Shown here in pieces: positions 36,232-45,943 of a stretch of DNA of 59,474 nucleotides; position 1 is the stretch's first letter, and each line of letters begins with the position of its first letter. The stretch is from a virus (lineage: Duplodnaviria > Caudoviricetes). The stretch is taken from the IMG/VR virus record IMGVR_UViG_3300001352_002199, positions 1 to 59,474 of that record. One strand, 5' to 3'. The translations under genes and the position numbers were made by a program. The notes below the pieces were generated by a model. It saw only the letters and a program-made list of their open reading frames with translations. It was not told where the DNA came from and searched no databases.

Positions 36232-38608
36232 GACATAAAAAATTACCTTTTGAAAATGAAACTTTTATGTTAGTAACATTTTTATTTATTAAAAATTTAG
36301 CTATTTCAACTTCAACTTCATTTTGTATAATTCTCCTAATAGGTCTACCACCTAAATTCTCTGAAATAGTTTTATCTAAAATTGCCAGCTTTAATGAATT
36401 TAGAAATTTTGATTTGATTCCTTTTTTAGAGAGTTTATTGCTTACTTTTTTTAATTCTATATTAATAATCTTTTTAAGATCTGAATCTTTAAAGTTGTTA
36501 AACAAAACAATACCATCAAACCTATTAACTAGCTCTGGACTTAATTTACGCTTAGCTTCTTCAAACACTTTATCTTTATGAGTTGATTCAGTATTCATAA
36601 AACCTACAGAACCTTTTTTATCAATAATGTCCGCACCTAAATTACTTGTTAATATAATGATCGTATTTTTGAATGAAGTTTCTTCTCCAGTATTGTCAGT
36701 TAATCTACCTTCTTCTAAGATTTGAAGCAAGGATTGCAAGACTACTGGATGAGCTTTTTCAATTTCATCAAACAATAAAACGGAATGAGGGTCCTTTTTA
36801 ATCTTCTCAGTAAGTATGCCTCCATTTTCATAACCAACATAACCTGGGGAGGAGCCTGAGAACTTATTGACTGAAACTGAATCACTAAATTCAGACATAT
36901 CAAAATAAATTAATTTCTTATGAGAACCAAAATAATGATTAGCTAAAGATTTAGCTGTCAATGTTTTACCAACTCCAGTCTTTCCTAAAAATAAAAAACT
37001 ACCTATAGGCCTGAATTCATCAGACAAGCCACAATGAGTTTTAAATAGTGAATTAACTATCTTTTCTACAGCTTGTTCTTGACCAATAACATCTTTAGAC
37101 ATTCGATTGGACAATTTTAAAATTTTGTTAGAATAGGTTTCATTCAGAGATTCAATAGGTATGTCTAATTGTTTAGAAATTACGCGACGTACATCTATAG
37201 GTTGAACTTTAGCAATTTTTTTTAACTTCTTTTTACTCCAAGAATCCATGATGGTTTTATATTGTTCATATATAGAGTTTTTGGTATGCGAGTCGATGTT
37301 TTCAGTAGTTAAAGATTTTTCTATCTGTTTGGCCATTTGAGGCTTTTTATAGAATTTAATTTTTACATTAGATCCAGCCTGATCTAGTAAATCTATAGCT
37401 TTATCTGGTAATTTTTTGTTGTGAATAAACTTATTAGAAAGATGAATAGATTCTTTAATGGACTCTAGGGAGTAGTTTATATTGTGAAAAGAAGAATAAC
37501 TTGGTATTAAGTTGCCAATAATTTCTAGAGTTTCAGACTCTGTTGGCTCTTTTACATGAATAAAGTGGAATCTACGCTTTAAGGCTGCATCTTTACCAAA
37601 ACTTTTTCTATATTCTTCGTGAGTTGTCGATCCGATGCATGTTATTTCTCCCCTGGAAATGTAAGGCTTTAGTATATTGGCTGCATCTAAAGCTCCTTCT
37701 GAGTTTCCTGCCCCAACGATAGTGTGGATTTCATCGATAAATAAAATAATATGCTTGTGCTGGGTAACTTCATCGATAAAAAATTTAAGCCTCTCTTCGA
37801 ATTGACCTCTATATTTTGTGCCTGCAACCATTGAATTTAAATCCATAGAGATAATAGTCTTATTAATGAGGTAGTCGTTAGAGTCTAAATTCACAATTCG
37901 TTTAGCTAAACCTTCCACTAAGGCAGTTTTACCAACACCAGCATCACCAACTAAAACTGCGCAAGATTTATTCTTTCTACACAAAGTAGATTCGAGTTCG
38001 TGAATGTAATTTTGATTAGGGAATACAAAATCAAATTTACCTGACTTAGCTAAAGTATTAAAATTTACTCCATAAGATTCAAGAGTAGTTTGATTGCCAT
38101 TACTTGACTTGGGTGAGGCCGGGATACTGGAATCTTCAGTGTTAAAAATAGGGCTATGCACTATATCTTCATCTAGCAAGCTATTTAGCAGATCTTCCAT
38201 CGCCAATATATCTATATCAGCCTCAATAAAATAATCAATTGCATTAGAATTTAAATCATTAATTAATGCTGAAAAGATATGCTCGACACTTATATAGTTA
38301 TGCTGCTTAGAATTTGATAGGGAGATTGAATAATCAAGGCAAGATTTTACTTCGCTAGAGAATACAATATCATCAATTAAATTACTATCCTTAACTTCAA
38401 TAAACTTAAAGTATTTATGAAGCGAATCTTCTAGCTTAGTAAATTGAGTATTGAGATGCAATTCTAGAAAAGGGACTACAAAACTATCAGCCTTAATTAA
38501 AGAGAATAGAATATGCTCTATATGAACGGCTTCATGATTAAATTTTCTAGCTAATTTTTTAGCTAAGCTTAATATCTCTTGTGTTCGAGGAGTAAAATTT
38601 GCTCGCAT
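36221..38608 (-). CDS. clpC: ATP-dependent Clp protease ATP-binding subunit (ClpA/ClpC type)
   Basis: Clp N repeats; D1 GDAGVGKT, GTKYRGQFEE, FIDEIH; D2 GKTGVGKT, PGYVGY, FDEIEKAH; VGF ClpP-docking loop. Confidence 0.9.
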   Translation of the reverse strand: MRANFTPRTQEILSLAKKLARKFNHEAVHIEHILFSLIKADSFVVPFLELHLNTQFTKLEDSLHKYFKFIEVKDSNLIDDIVFSSEVKSCLDYSISLSNSKQHNYISVEHIFSALINDLNSNAIDYFIEADIDILAMEDLLNSLLDEDIVHSPIFNTEDSSIPASPKSSNGNQTTLESYGVNFNTLAKSGKFDFVFPNQNYIHELESTLCRKNKSCAVLVGDAGVGKTALVEGLAKRIVNLDSNDYLINKTIISMDLNSMVAGTKYRGQFEERLKFFIDEVTQHKHIILFIDEIHTIVGAGNSEGALDAANILKPYISRGEITCIGSTTHEEYRKSFGKDAALKRRFHFIHVKEPTESETLEIIGNLIPSYSSFHNINYSLESIKESIHLSNKFIHNKKLPDKAIDLLDQAGSNVKIKFYKKPQMAKQIEKSLTTENIDSHTKNSIYEQYKTIMDSWSKKKLKKIAKVQPIDVRRVISKQLDIPIESLNETYSNKILKLSNRMSKDVIGQEQAVEKIVNSLFKTHCGLSDEFRPIGSFLFLGKTGVGKTLTAKSLANHYFGSHKKLIYFDMSEFSDSVSVNKFSGSSPGYVGYENGGILTEKIKKDPHSVLLFDEIEKAHPVVLQSLLQILEEGRLTDNTGEETSFKNTIIILTSNLGADIIDKKGSVGFMNTESTHKDKVFEEAKRKLSPELVNRFDGIVLFNNFKDSDLKKIINIELKKVSNKLSKKGIKSKFLNSLKLAILDKTISENLGGRPIRRIIQNEVEVEIAKFLINKNVTNIKVSFSKGNFLCHEL

Positions 38609-38623
38609 ATAATATATTACACA

Positions 38624-41191
38624 CTATTTTAAGTCAGCTAACTTCATGCAGATTTTTTCATCCACAATGGAAAGGCTATCTATAAACAAAATATCTTCAG
38701 CCTTTCTACCTACAATAATAACTATGTTGTCTTTGTCTGGAACTTTCCCACCAGACTCTATGTATTCCGTGCAGGTCATTTGCCTTCTAGTGTCAACCAT
38801 TATTCCTGGAATTGTACCCATTTCGTCTGATAATAAGATTTTAATATATTTATTACCATTAGCACTAGTACTCCTAAAAGAGTCTTCTACTACACCTATA
38901 AATTTACCCCTGTCATTAGCTAACATAGAATTATAGCTCAAGGAGTCATTTAATTCTACAGCATCACTTTTAAATACATCTTTTAATCTAGATGAATAAC
39001 TGTAACCTAATAATTTTTTTTCAAAATACCAATTAGCAAAGCTTTCATACTGAACATTTTGCTCATAGATAGCTTTATATTTATCATATTTCTTTTTAAA
39101 AGTAATGAATCTAGACTCCTTCATTAGGGGTCTGTTGTCGTCAGCTAATAAACTATCTTTTTTCGCTGCATGTATAGATTCAAGAATGTCGTAACTATAC
39201 TTTGGACCAAGAGATATAAAATTCCTTTTTTCTCTATCTGTTAATAAATTAAAAGCTTGAGCTTCAAGAACTAATCTTGGACGACTAAGAGTTTCATCTT
39301 CACTAAGAGCTCCTGCCTGAATTAATGCAGACATAACTCCGATATTTAGACCTGCTTGCTTAGCGGATAAAAATACATCATACTTATTAGAGTTATCTGT
39401 ATCCCTAAAATCCTCTAAAGCTTTTAAGCTTTTTTCACTAATACCCTTGATGCTATTTAAGCCGAATCTAATATTGTTTTTATCAATAGTAAAATTAAAT
39501 TTAGACTTAATTAAGTTTGGTTGAAGTAAATTAATATCAAAGTACTGTAATTCTCTACTAATTTTAGCAATCTCTTCTTGAGCATTAGGTTCAAATTGAG
39601 ACATCTTAAGTAAACTTAAAAAGAATTGTTTGGGGTGCTTGAATTTTAAGTAAGTAGTCCAAGCTGCAAGAGTAGCGTAAGATATAGAGTGAGACTTATT
39701 GAATGAGTAATTAGCACTATCTTCTGCAACCTTCCATAATACATCAGACACTTCCACGGGTAAATTGTTGTCTTGAACTTTTTGTTTGATTTTTTCTTGC
39801 CATTCTGGCATTAGCTCTACCTTCTTCTTTCCGACTATTCGACGAAGTTGTTCTGACTCATCCAATGTAAAGCCTACCTTTACAGCCATTTTCATTAACT
39901 GCTCCTGATAAAGAGGAATGCCGCCAGTATAATCTAGGACATCATCAAAAAACTCGTGAACACTTTGAAATCGATCAGTAGCCACATAGTCGGAGTAGCT
40001 ATCCGCAAACTCAAGAGCTCCTGGCCTAGCAATAGCTACAACAGCACTTAACTGCTCCATGTTTTTGGGTTTGATTTTTTGACAGATTCTGAAGTTAGTG
40101 TCAGCCTCAATCTGAAATAAGCCATGGGGATTTTGTAGGTCAGTTAAAGGCTCAAAAACTGCTGGATCATTTAAATCAATATCATAAACATCGATATCTA
40201 AATCATTGCAGACATCATAGATAACACTTAAAGTGCGGAGACCAAGAATATCAAACTTAACCATTAACTCAGCAACCCAATTCATATCATAACCGGTCAC
40301 ATAAGAGCCGTCGTTAGTTTTTTGAATAGGACATATATCTGATATTTTCTGATGAGAAATTGCTATACCTGAAGGGTGGACTCCTGTATTTTTGTTTAAC
40401 CCCTCCAGCTGTTTTGCTATTTTAAAAACTCTTGGATTATCTTTAACCCAAGAAGCAAAGCGTTGACTCTCTTCTTCAGCAATTCTTAAGGGGGCTACCT
40501 TACCAAATTTTTTGGGTATGTAACTACTAACATCATTAACTTCTTGCTCAGAATACTCTCCAACTATTTTACCACATTCTTTAACACACAGTTTACCACT
40601 TAAAGTGTTTAATGTCAAAATGTTTGCGGTTCTAGCAGGATGTTTTTGCTCAATATAATCTATAACTTTTTGACGATGTTCATAGGCGATGTCATTATCT
40701 ACATCAGCTAATAAGCTACCGTCTAAATATGTGGTTCCATCTTTTTCTATTTTTCTAGCCCTACTTTTAGAGACGAAACGCTCAAAGAAAAGATCATACC
40801 TTATGGGATCAACCTTAGTAACATCAATTAAAAATAAAACTAATGAGCCCGCAGCTGAACCTCGGCCTGGACCAGTGGGAATATCGTTCTCATGGCAGAA
40901 ATTTAAAATATCCCAATTCAAAAGAATGTAATCAATAAAACCAAGATCTTGAAGGATTTCTAATTCCATCTTGGTTCTAGAGTAGTATTCATCTTTATTA
41001 TCTAGTTTGTCAATGCCCTTAGCTTTAACTCCTTGCATGCATAAAGCTCGCAGGAAATCATAATTAGAACTACTAGGGTCTATATCTAAGTCAGAATAGT
41101 ACTTTGGGTTTACATCAATTTCAGGAAGTAGGACTCCTGGAGGAGCATAATTTTTATACTTCGTGAATTTACTTAAAAATAAATCAGACAT
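38624..41191 (-). CDS. dnaE: DNA polymerase III alpha subunit, polymerase core lacking most of the PHP domain
   Basis: GPGRGSAAGSLV, FERF, LADVDND, HPSG, KFDILGL, YQEQ, YSFNKSH, IRFGL, OB fold; start MSDLF overlaps the exonuclease stop (TAATG). Confidence 0.95.
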   Translation of the reverse strand: MSDLFLSKFTKYKNYAPPGVLLPEIDVNPKYYSDLDIDPSSSNYDFLRALCMQGVKAKGIDKLDNKDEYYSRTKMELEILQDLGFIDYILLNWDILNFCHENDIPTGPGRGSAAGSLVLFLIDVTKVDPIRYDLFFERFVSKSRARKIEKDGTTYLDGSLLADVDNDIAYEHRQKVIDYIEQKHPARTANILTLNTLSGKLCVKECGKIVGEYSEQEVNDVSSYIPKKFGKVAPLRIAEEESQRFASWVKDNPRVFKIAKQLEGLNKNTGVHPSGIAISHQKISDICPIQKTNDGSYVTGYDMNWVAELMVKFDILGLRTLSVIYDVCNDLDIDVYDIDLNDPAVFEPLTDLQNPHGLFQIEADTNFRICQKIKPKNMEQLSAVVAIARPGALEFADSYSDYVATDRFQSVHEFFDDVLDYTGGIPLYQEQLMKMAVKVGFTLDESEQLRRIVGKKKVELMPEWQEKIKQKVQDNNLPVEVSDVLWKVAEDSANYSFNKSHSISYATLAAWTTYLKFKHPKQFFLSLLKMSQFEPNAQEEIAKISRELQYFDINLLQPNLIKSKFNFTIDKNNIRFGLNSIKGISEKSLKALEDFRDTDNSNKYDVFLSAKQAGLNIGVMSALIQAGALSEDETLSRPRLVLEAQAFNLLTDREKRNFISLGPKYSYDILESIHAAKKDSLLADDNRPLMKESRFITFKKKYDKYKAIYEQNVQYESFANWYFEKKLLGYSYSSRLKDVFKSDAVELNDSLSYNSMLANDRGKFIGVVEDSFRSTSANGNKYIKILLSDEMGTIPGIMVDTRRQMTCTEYIESGGKVPDKDNIVIIVGRKAEDILFIDSLSIVDEKICMKLADLK

Positions 41192-41832
41192 TATATATTC
41201 ACCTCCCATAACATTTTCTTAAATACTTCGTAGTTCTGCTCAATATCATACATAGCATCATGCAATCGGCTCTCGTCAATTTTAATATCATAATGTTTAC
41301 ATAAATCAATTAATTTCTTTTTAGATTTTCTATCAACCATATTATTTAATCTATATTGCCAATTGAAGAAGTCATCGTCTTTATTAAATTTAATATCATT
41401 TTTTATAGCTTTAGCTAAGCAAAGGGTATCGATGGACCTATTGATGTAGCTATAGTCTGGTTTTTTATGAACGCACTTTCTATATATACCATGAATGTAT
41501 ATGTCGAATCCTAGTATATTGTGACCTACATTAATGTAAGATTCATCATACAAGTATTTCTCGAAGTCATGTAAGATTGGTTCAGCTAGTTGAGCTTTCT
41601 TATCGTACTCAGACTTTGTCCAGCCAGTCATCTTAGCGGCTGCGTCTGACATCTTTAAGTTAGACCAGTGTATCCAGCAGTCTTTTTTCTCTACGATCTT
41701 ACCCTCGTTGATTACCATGTAACCAAGTTGCCAAGGTTTATTATCTAGAGAACCTAAATTTAGACAACAAGTTTCAAAGTCAAAAAACAAATAGTTTTGC
41801 TTTTTATTGAACCTAAGTAGATCTTCTTTCAT
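41191..41832 (-). CDS. DEDDh 3'-5' exonuclease (Pol III epsilon-like)
   Basis: FDFET, GHNILGFD, IDTL, LHDAMYD. Confidence 0.9.
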   Translation of the reverse strand: MKEDLLRFNKKQNYLFFDFETCCLNLGSLDNKPWQLGYMVINEGKIVEKKDCWIHWSNLKMSDAAAKMTGWTKSEYDKKAQLAEPILHDFEKYLYDESYINVGHNILGFDIYIHGIYRKCVHKKPDYSYINRSIDTLCLAKAIKNDIKFNKDDDFFNWQYRLNNMVDRKSKKKLIDLCKHYDIKIDESRLHDAMYDIEQNYEVFKKMLWEVNI

Positions 41833-41837
41833 TGTAA

Positions 41838-42002
41838 TTATTGCTTATTAAAAAACTCTTCAACTTCAGATAAGAATTTAGATTTTTCTTTGTCGGAAAG
41901 AGCGGTGTATTGCTTTTTAATTTGACGCAAAACTCTTTTCTGTTCTGGAGTGTCTTGGTAGGACATTGCTTTTTTAATTCTTAGTAATTGCTTCTTGTTC
42001 AT
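41838..42002 (-). CDS. small basic hypothetical protein
   Basis: Below cutoff; MNKKQLLRIKKAMSYQDTPEQKRVLRQIKKQYTALSDKEKSKFLSEVEEFFNKQ*. Confidence 0.55.
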   Translation of the reverse strand: MNKKQLLRIKKAMSYQDTPEQKRVLRQIKKQYTALSDKEKSKFLSEVEEFFNKQ

Positions 42003-42759
42003 ATTTTGTTTCTAAATAACTTTCATAAGAGAATTCTGGACTAGATAAATGATCAAAATTTGGTACAGATAAAGTTCTTTGTTTTCCGTTCCTCTTTGCA
42101 CATATACATTTATATGTTTGATACGCTTCGAAATCTTCTTTTTTGTTATAGTAAATTGATTTTGATTCGCTATAATTGTACTTGAAATTTTCACAATAGT
42201 CAATAACTTTCGACCTTATTTGCTGATCAAAGGGTAAGTAGTTATTTTCTAAAAAGAAATGAGGGTCACAAAACGAAAAATCAGGAATACAACTACAGAA
42301 ATGCATACTATTCATAAATATGAATGAATCATAAAAGGGTATAGCCATTTGCAAATCTTCATTAGACCACATTTCTTTAAGGCTAGGGATGTCTATAACT
42401 CCATTATTATTACAGAATGCATGAGAATATATTTTATTTAATAATGAACAGCCAGCATCATTCTTAGCGAAAATTATCAATTTATGACAACAATGATTAG
42501 TTGGGGAGTCAGAGTCAGCAGAAACCTCTAGATGCGAACAGGATATCCTTAATCCAAAAATTAAATGTTTACCCATAGACTCAGCTGTTTTTTGTGCTTG
42601 CAGGAAGCCCACTAAAGAGTCTTCAACTAATGTGATTGAGTCTTCGTTTTCCGCTATAGAGAAAACGCTCTGTGGGCCATCCTCTTGAACCTTAGACGGA
42701 TGACTCAAAGTTAAAATAGATTTACCTATTGAATAGTGACTTTTGAACAGTGCTATCAT
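41974..42759 (-). CDS. stand-alone PHP domain of DnaE (N-terminal part of split Pol III alpha)
   Basis: FKSHYSIGKSIL, VEDSLVGF, LIFGLR, KLIIFAKNDAGC..L.KIYS align with the DnaE PHP N-terminus. Confidence 0.8.
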   Translation of the reverse strand: MIALFKSHYSIGKSILTLSHPSKVQEDGPQSVFSIAENEDSITLVEDSLVGFLQAQKTAESMGKHLIFGLRISCSHLEVSADSDSPTNHCCHKLIIFAKNDAGCSLLNKIYSHAFCNNNGVIDIPSLKEMWSNEDLQMAIPFYDSFIFMNSMHFCSCIPDFSFCDPHFFLENNYLPFDQQIRSKVIDYCENFKYNYSESKSIYYNKKEDFEAYQTYKCICAKRNGKQRTLSVPNFDHLSSPEFSYESYLETKYEQEAITKN

Positions 42760-42765
42760 TCAATC

Positions 42766-42794
42766 ATGATAGCAAGAAAACACATTTAAGTCAA
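42766..42794 (-). promoter_or_regulatory. sigma70-type promoter, probably leaderless
   Basis: TTGACT-N17-TATCAT (TG extension); ATG 6 nt downstream. Confidence 0.72.
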
Positions 42795-42795
42795 G

Positions 42796-43791
42796 CTATA
42801 TCTTGTATTTTTCGATAAATGATTCAGCGGGCTTTCCGTCAGCTAAATGAATTTCAAGATCTAGTAAAATTTTATTCCTCAATTCAAGCACATCCTTCGA
42901 TTCGGATGAACCTTGGGACTCTTTGAATGTTGCGGAAGCAGCTACAACCAAAAGAATAGCTAATGGATCAAAAACAAAAATAAGAATTAAAATAACCATC
43001 CTAACCGCAGATTCAGAGTTTACTTCTGGACCCCCAAAATCAGAAACGAGCTCAGCTATATATTTAATTGGGCCGATTTCCGCCTCTAACTCTTTGAGCT
43101 TGGATTCTATTTTACTTTTGTCTAAATTAATTAATAAATAATCTTCTTCTAAGTTTTCTAGATTAGGAAATATCTCGCTTTCCAACTTAACTCTATAAGC
43201 TTCTAGCCTATTCTGTATATCTTGTTTCGATTTCTCTATGGAGGCGCGCTCATCTGCTTGATTCTCTCTCTCTTTTTTAATGTTGCTGGATGTAGAAAAT
43301 CCACCTTTCTCTCTAATGTGAGTAATCATAGAGTCTAAATCTTTGAGCCTATCATTTAAACGCTGTAATGAAGTATAGTCATCAGATTTAAGCTGTTCGT
43401 TAGTTTTCTTTTGGGATTCTAGAGATATCTTTTTAGTGTCAATAGACTCTAGCTTTTTATCTAACATAGATATTTGAGAGCCGTACTGAGATGCACCAGC
43501 TTCTTGTTCTATGTGAGACTTACTCAAGAATCCAAATATACCCATACTTGTAATCCCAGATAAAACTAAAACAGCAATTGCTAAATAATATTTAATTAAA
43601 CGACCAGCTGTTTTCCAATTTCTATGAAGCCAGACAGCAGTAACTAACTTGCCAATTTCGAGAGTACTACCCATTATTACGATAGACCAAAATACACCTG
43701 GAAAGATAGTTGTTAAGCCTATAATGCTAAAATAAGCTGCTACAGCAGCTAACGATAAAGAAGAAAGAGCAATTACTATTGGAAAAACCAT
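42796..43791 (-). CDS. conserved phage membrane protein with long coiled coil
   Basis: Three N-terminal TMs (AAYFSIIGL, LEIGKLV, ITSMGIFGFLSKSH), coiled coil, GPIKY...IFVFDPLA. Confidence 0.75.
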   Translation of the reverse strand: MVFPIVIALSSLSLAAVAAYFSIIGLTTIFPGVFWSIVIMGSTLEIGKLVTAVWLHRNWKTAGRLIKYYLAIAVLVLSGITSMGIFGFLSKSHIEQEAGASQYGSQISMLDKKLESIDTKKISLESQKKTNEQLKSDDYTSLQRLNDRLKDLDSMITHIREKGGFSTSSNIKKERENQADERASIEKSKQDIQNRLEAYRVKLESEIFPNLENLEEDYLLINLDKSKIESKLKELEAEIGPIKYIAELVSDFGGPEVNSESAVRMVILILIFVFDPLAILLVVAASATFKESQGSSESKDVLELRNKILLDLEIHLADGKPAESFIEKYKI

Positions 43792-43809
43792 AATAATGGT
43801 TACACTAAT

Positions 43810-44901
43810 TTAACCAAATAAGTCTACATGCTCTGACTCTGATGGCTTCCAGTAAGGACAACCTTCATACTCCATTCGGTCAATCGATTGACCTTCTTTC
43901 TTAACTTTCTCTAAACTATTTAAGTCATCGATAAAACAAGTTTTTAAGACTTTACCAGAACTATCCTTAAGTGCATAATAAGGAAAAGGTTTTCTAAAAG
44001 AACATATAAAGGCTGGAATGGGATTGCCATTTTTATCAAGAACAGGTTGACCTCTACTCACCTTAAATCCATCCTTACCACAAGCTAAAGGCCCTCCAAA
44101 TGTACCATCAGAAGGGTAAGATTGAGCTCCAGCAAAATTAGAATGAGCTTGCTCTTCATCAAAATTGTCAATGACTTTTTGAATCTCAGTTAGTTCGTAT
44201 TGAAACCCATACAACTCGGAGTCAGAGAGCGGTTCCATCCTGAGGACTCCATTGCCAGTTTTTTTAAACAAATCTTTACTTAAATCAAATTTCAAAAATA
44301 AAAATTCACTTTCTCTTTTTTTATAATTAGGGTATAAATGCTTAACAGCTAGAGAATACATTAAGTCCTGCAAGTTGTCAGTAATTTCTTTACCCTTAAA
44401 TACTTGCTTACTACTCTTAAAATCTCTAATTAAAGCGTAGGATGTTTCTTCATATAGAAATAACTTATCAATGAAACCTTTTATGCGATAAGAAAAATCT
44501 TCATTTTCTACTTCGATATCAAAAGACTCTTCTGATATAGCTTTGGTGGGCTCATTATCATCACCGCCAAAAAAATCATAATGTAAACCATTAACGGTCA
44601 TGGAGTCAATTAACTCTAAGTTTTCATCGTCATCAACATTTAATTTTCTAGCATAATAAAGAGTCAATCGCTCTATAGGAGGGCATTTAAAAATAGATCC
44701 GTGCTTGATTATGGACTCGTAATGTTTCTTGTGTCTTGGGTTACCCAGTAATTCAAAAATTAAGTGGCAGATCCAACCACGACTAGCACCATCATTAGAT
44801 GTGTCGGGCAGCTTTAATTTATAATTGCCCCAGTATTTCCATGAGCACATTTGTAGAGTTTTAATTCTACTTGCAGATAACGCTGATTCATGCTTCTTCA
44901 T
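43810..44901 (-). CDS. PD-(D/E)XK exonuclease (RecB/AddB/Cas4-like)
   Basis: LSASRIKT..CSW, GFIDKL...IRDFKSSK, LQ..MY; C-terminal Cys residues. Confidence 0.85.
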   Translation of the reverse strand: MKKHESALSASRIKTLQMCSWKYWGNYKLKLPDTSNDGASRGWICHLIFELLGNPRHKKHYESIIKHGSIFKCPPIERLTLYYARKLNVDDDENLELIDSMTVNGLHYDFFGGDDNEPTKAISEESFDIEVENEDFSYRIKGFIDKLFLYEETSYALIRDFKSSKQVFKGKEITDNLQDLMYSLAVKHLYPNYKKRESEFLFLKFDLSKDLFKKTGNGVLRMEPLSDSELYGFQYELTEIQKVIDNFDEEQAHSNFAGAQSYPSDGTFGGPLACGKDGFKVSRGQPVLDKNGNPIPAFICSFRKPFPYYALKDSSGKVLKTCFIDDLNSLEKVKKEGQSIDRMEYEGCPYWKPSESEHVDLFG

Positions 44902-45943
44902 ATAATAATGTTAAGTTCTTTTTTAAGGTTTTAGGTATATCCCTCTTGTTGTCTAGTTTTTTAGCGAAAGAAATAATTTTAGGGATTTGATCTGTTTCAT
45001 TAATTAATTTAAGTTTTTCTCTCCATTTAATAAAATCAACTTCCCCCATATCACCAAAGTCATTTTGTGTAGGTAAGCAGATTTTGATTTGAGAGGAATC
45101 ATAATAATTTAGTAGTTTCAAATAATTTTTAACACATGCATTCATGCCTCTATTATCTTCTTTGTTGGAGTCGTTGTTGAAGGAAAGAATAACTCGCTTG
45201 AAGTTAAACTGAATTAAAGAGCAAAGAAGCTTGGACGATATATCTAAACCGAAAGAAACTAATACATTAGTTATTCCGTTTTCTATACAACTTAACGCAT
45301 CACCAATGCTCTCAACTATAAGAACATAATCTTTATTTACATTATCAAAAAATACTCCATCTTCAGTTGGAACATAAGCGGGGTAAACCCAAGATTTCTT
45401 TTTGCCCATATGTTTCCATTTAGGGCGACCCTCTTTGTTCGACATATCCCTGCCAGAAAACCCATGAATTTGTTTGTACTCATTATAGATAGGAAAGACA
45501 AACCTCTGATACATTTGAGACCTAGTAGCTAAACCACCCTTCAATTGAATTAAGGTATCATCGGATATACCCCTGCCGTTGTAAAACTTATAATGAGGCA
45601 AGAGTTTATCAAGTATACTGTCTGGATAAACTTCTTCAACTTGGAGCTTTTCAATTGTGTTTCTTGCTCTCTCCGTCAGGAAGAAAGTTTCTTCCTTGTT
45701 TAAATATTTTTTAAGCTCTGTAGGGTCATTAGTATTAAGGGTTAAAACTAATAACTGCTTAAATGGCATGAACGGTGTATTCTGAACATAGTCCTTCCAA
45801 GCTCCAGTATCCTTATATATTTGCAAGGCTGTTGAGTTGTCTCCACCTCTATATAGAGCTGCACACTGCCAATAAGAACCTTTATCATTAAGTTTGTAAC
45901 CTAACTGCTCGAGTATATCTCGAATTTTATCAGAACTTATCAT
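44888..45943 (-). CDS. dnaG: DNA primase (DnaG-like, TOPRIM)
   Basis: RFVFPI, GFSGR, PKW, VESIGDA, FNND, NDFGDM. Confidence 0.85.
   Translation of the reverse strand: MISSDKIRDILEQLGYKLNDKGSYWQCAALYRGGDNSTALQIYKDTGAWKDYVQNTPFMPFKQLLVLTLNTNDPTELKKYLNKEETFFLTERARNTIEKLQVEEVYPDSILDKLLPHYKFYNGRGISDDTLIQLKGGLATRSQMYQRFVFPIYNEYKQIHGFSGRDMSNKEGRPKWKHMGKKKSWVYPAYVPTEDGVFFDNVNKDYVLIVESIGDALSCIENGITNVLVSFGLDISSKLLCSLIQFNFKRVILSFNNDSNKEDNRGMNACVKNYLKLLNYYDSSQIKICLPTQNDFGDMGEVDFIKWREKLKLINETDQIPKIISFAKKLDNKRDIPKTLKKNLTLLYEEA

Noticed and set aside
38624-42759. Split-intein DnaE as in cyanobacteria
   Set aside because: No CL/CF N-intein start or HN-C/S end at the fragment termini, and the break is at the PHP boundary rather than near the C-terminus.
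43810-44901. Cas4 / CRISPR-Cas system
   Set aside because: No repeat-spacer array or other cas genes seen; the gene sits in the replication module like typical phage exonucleases.
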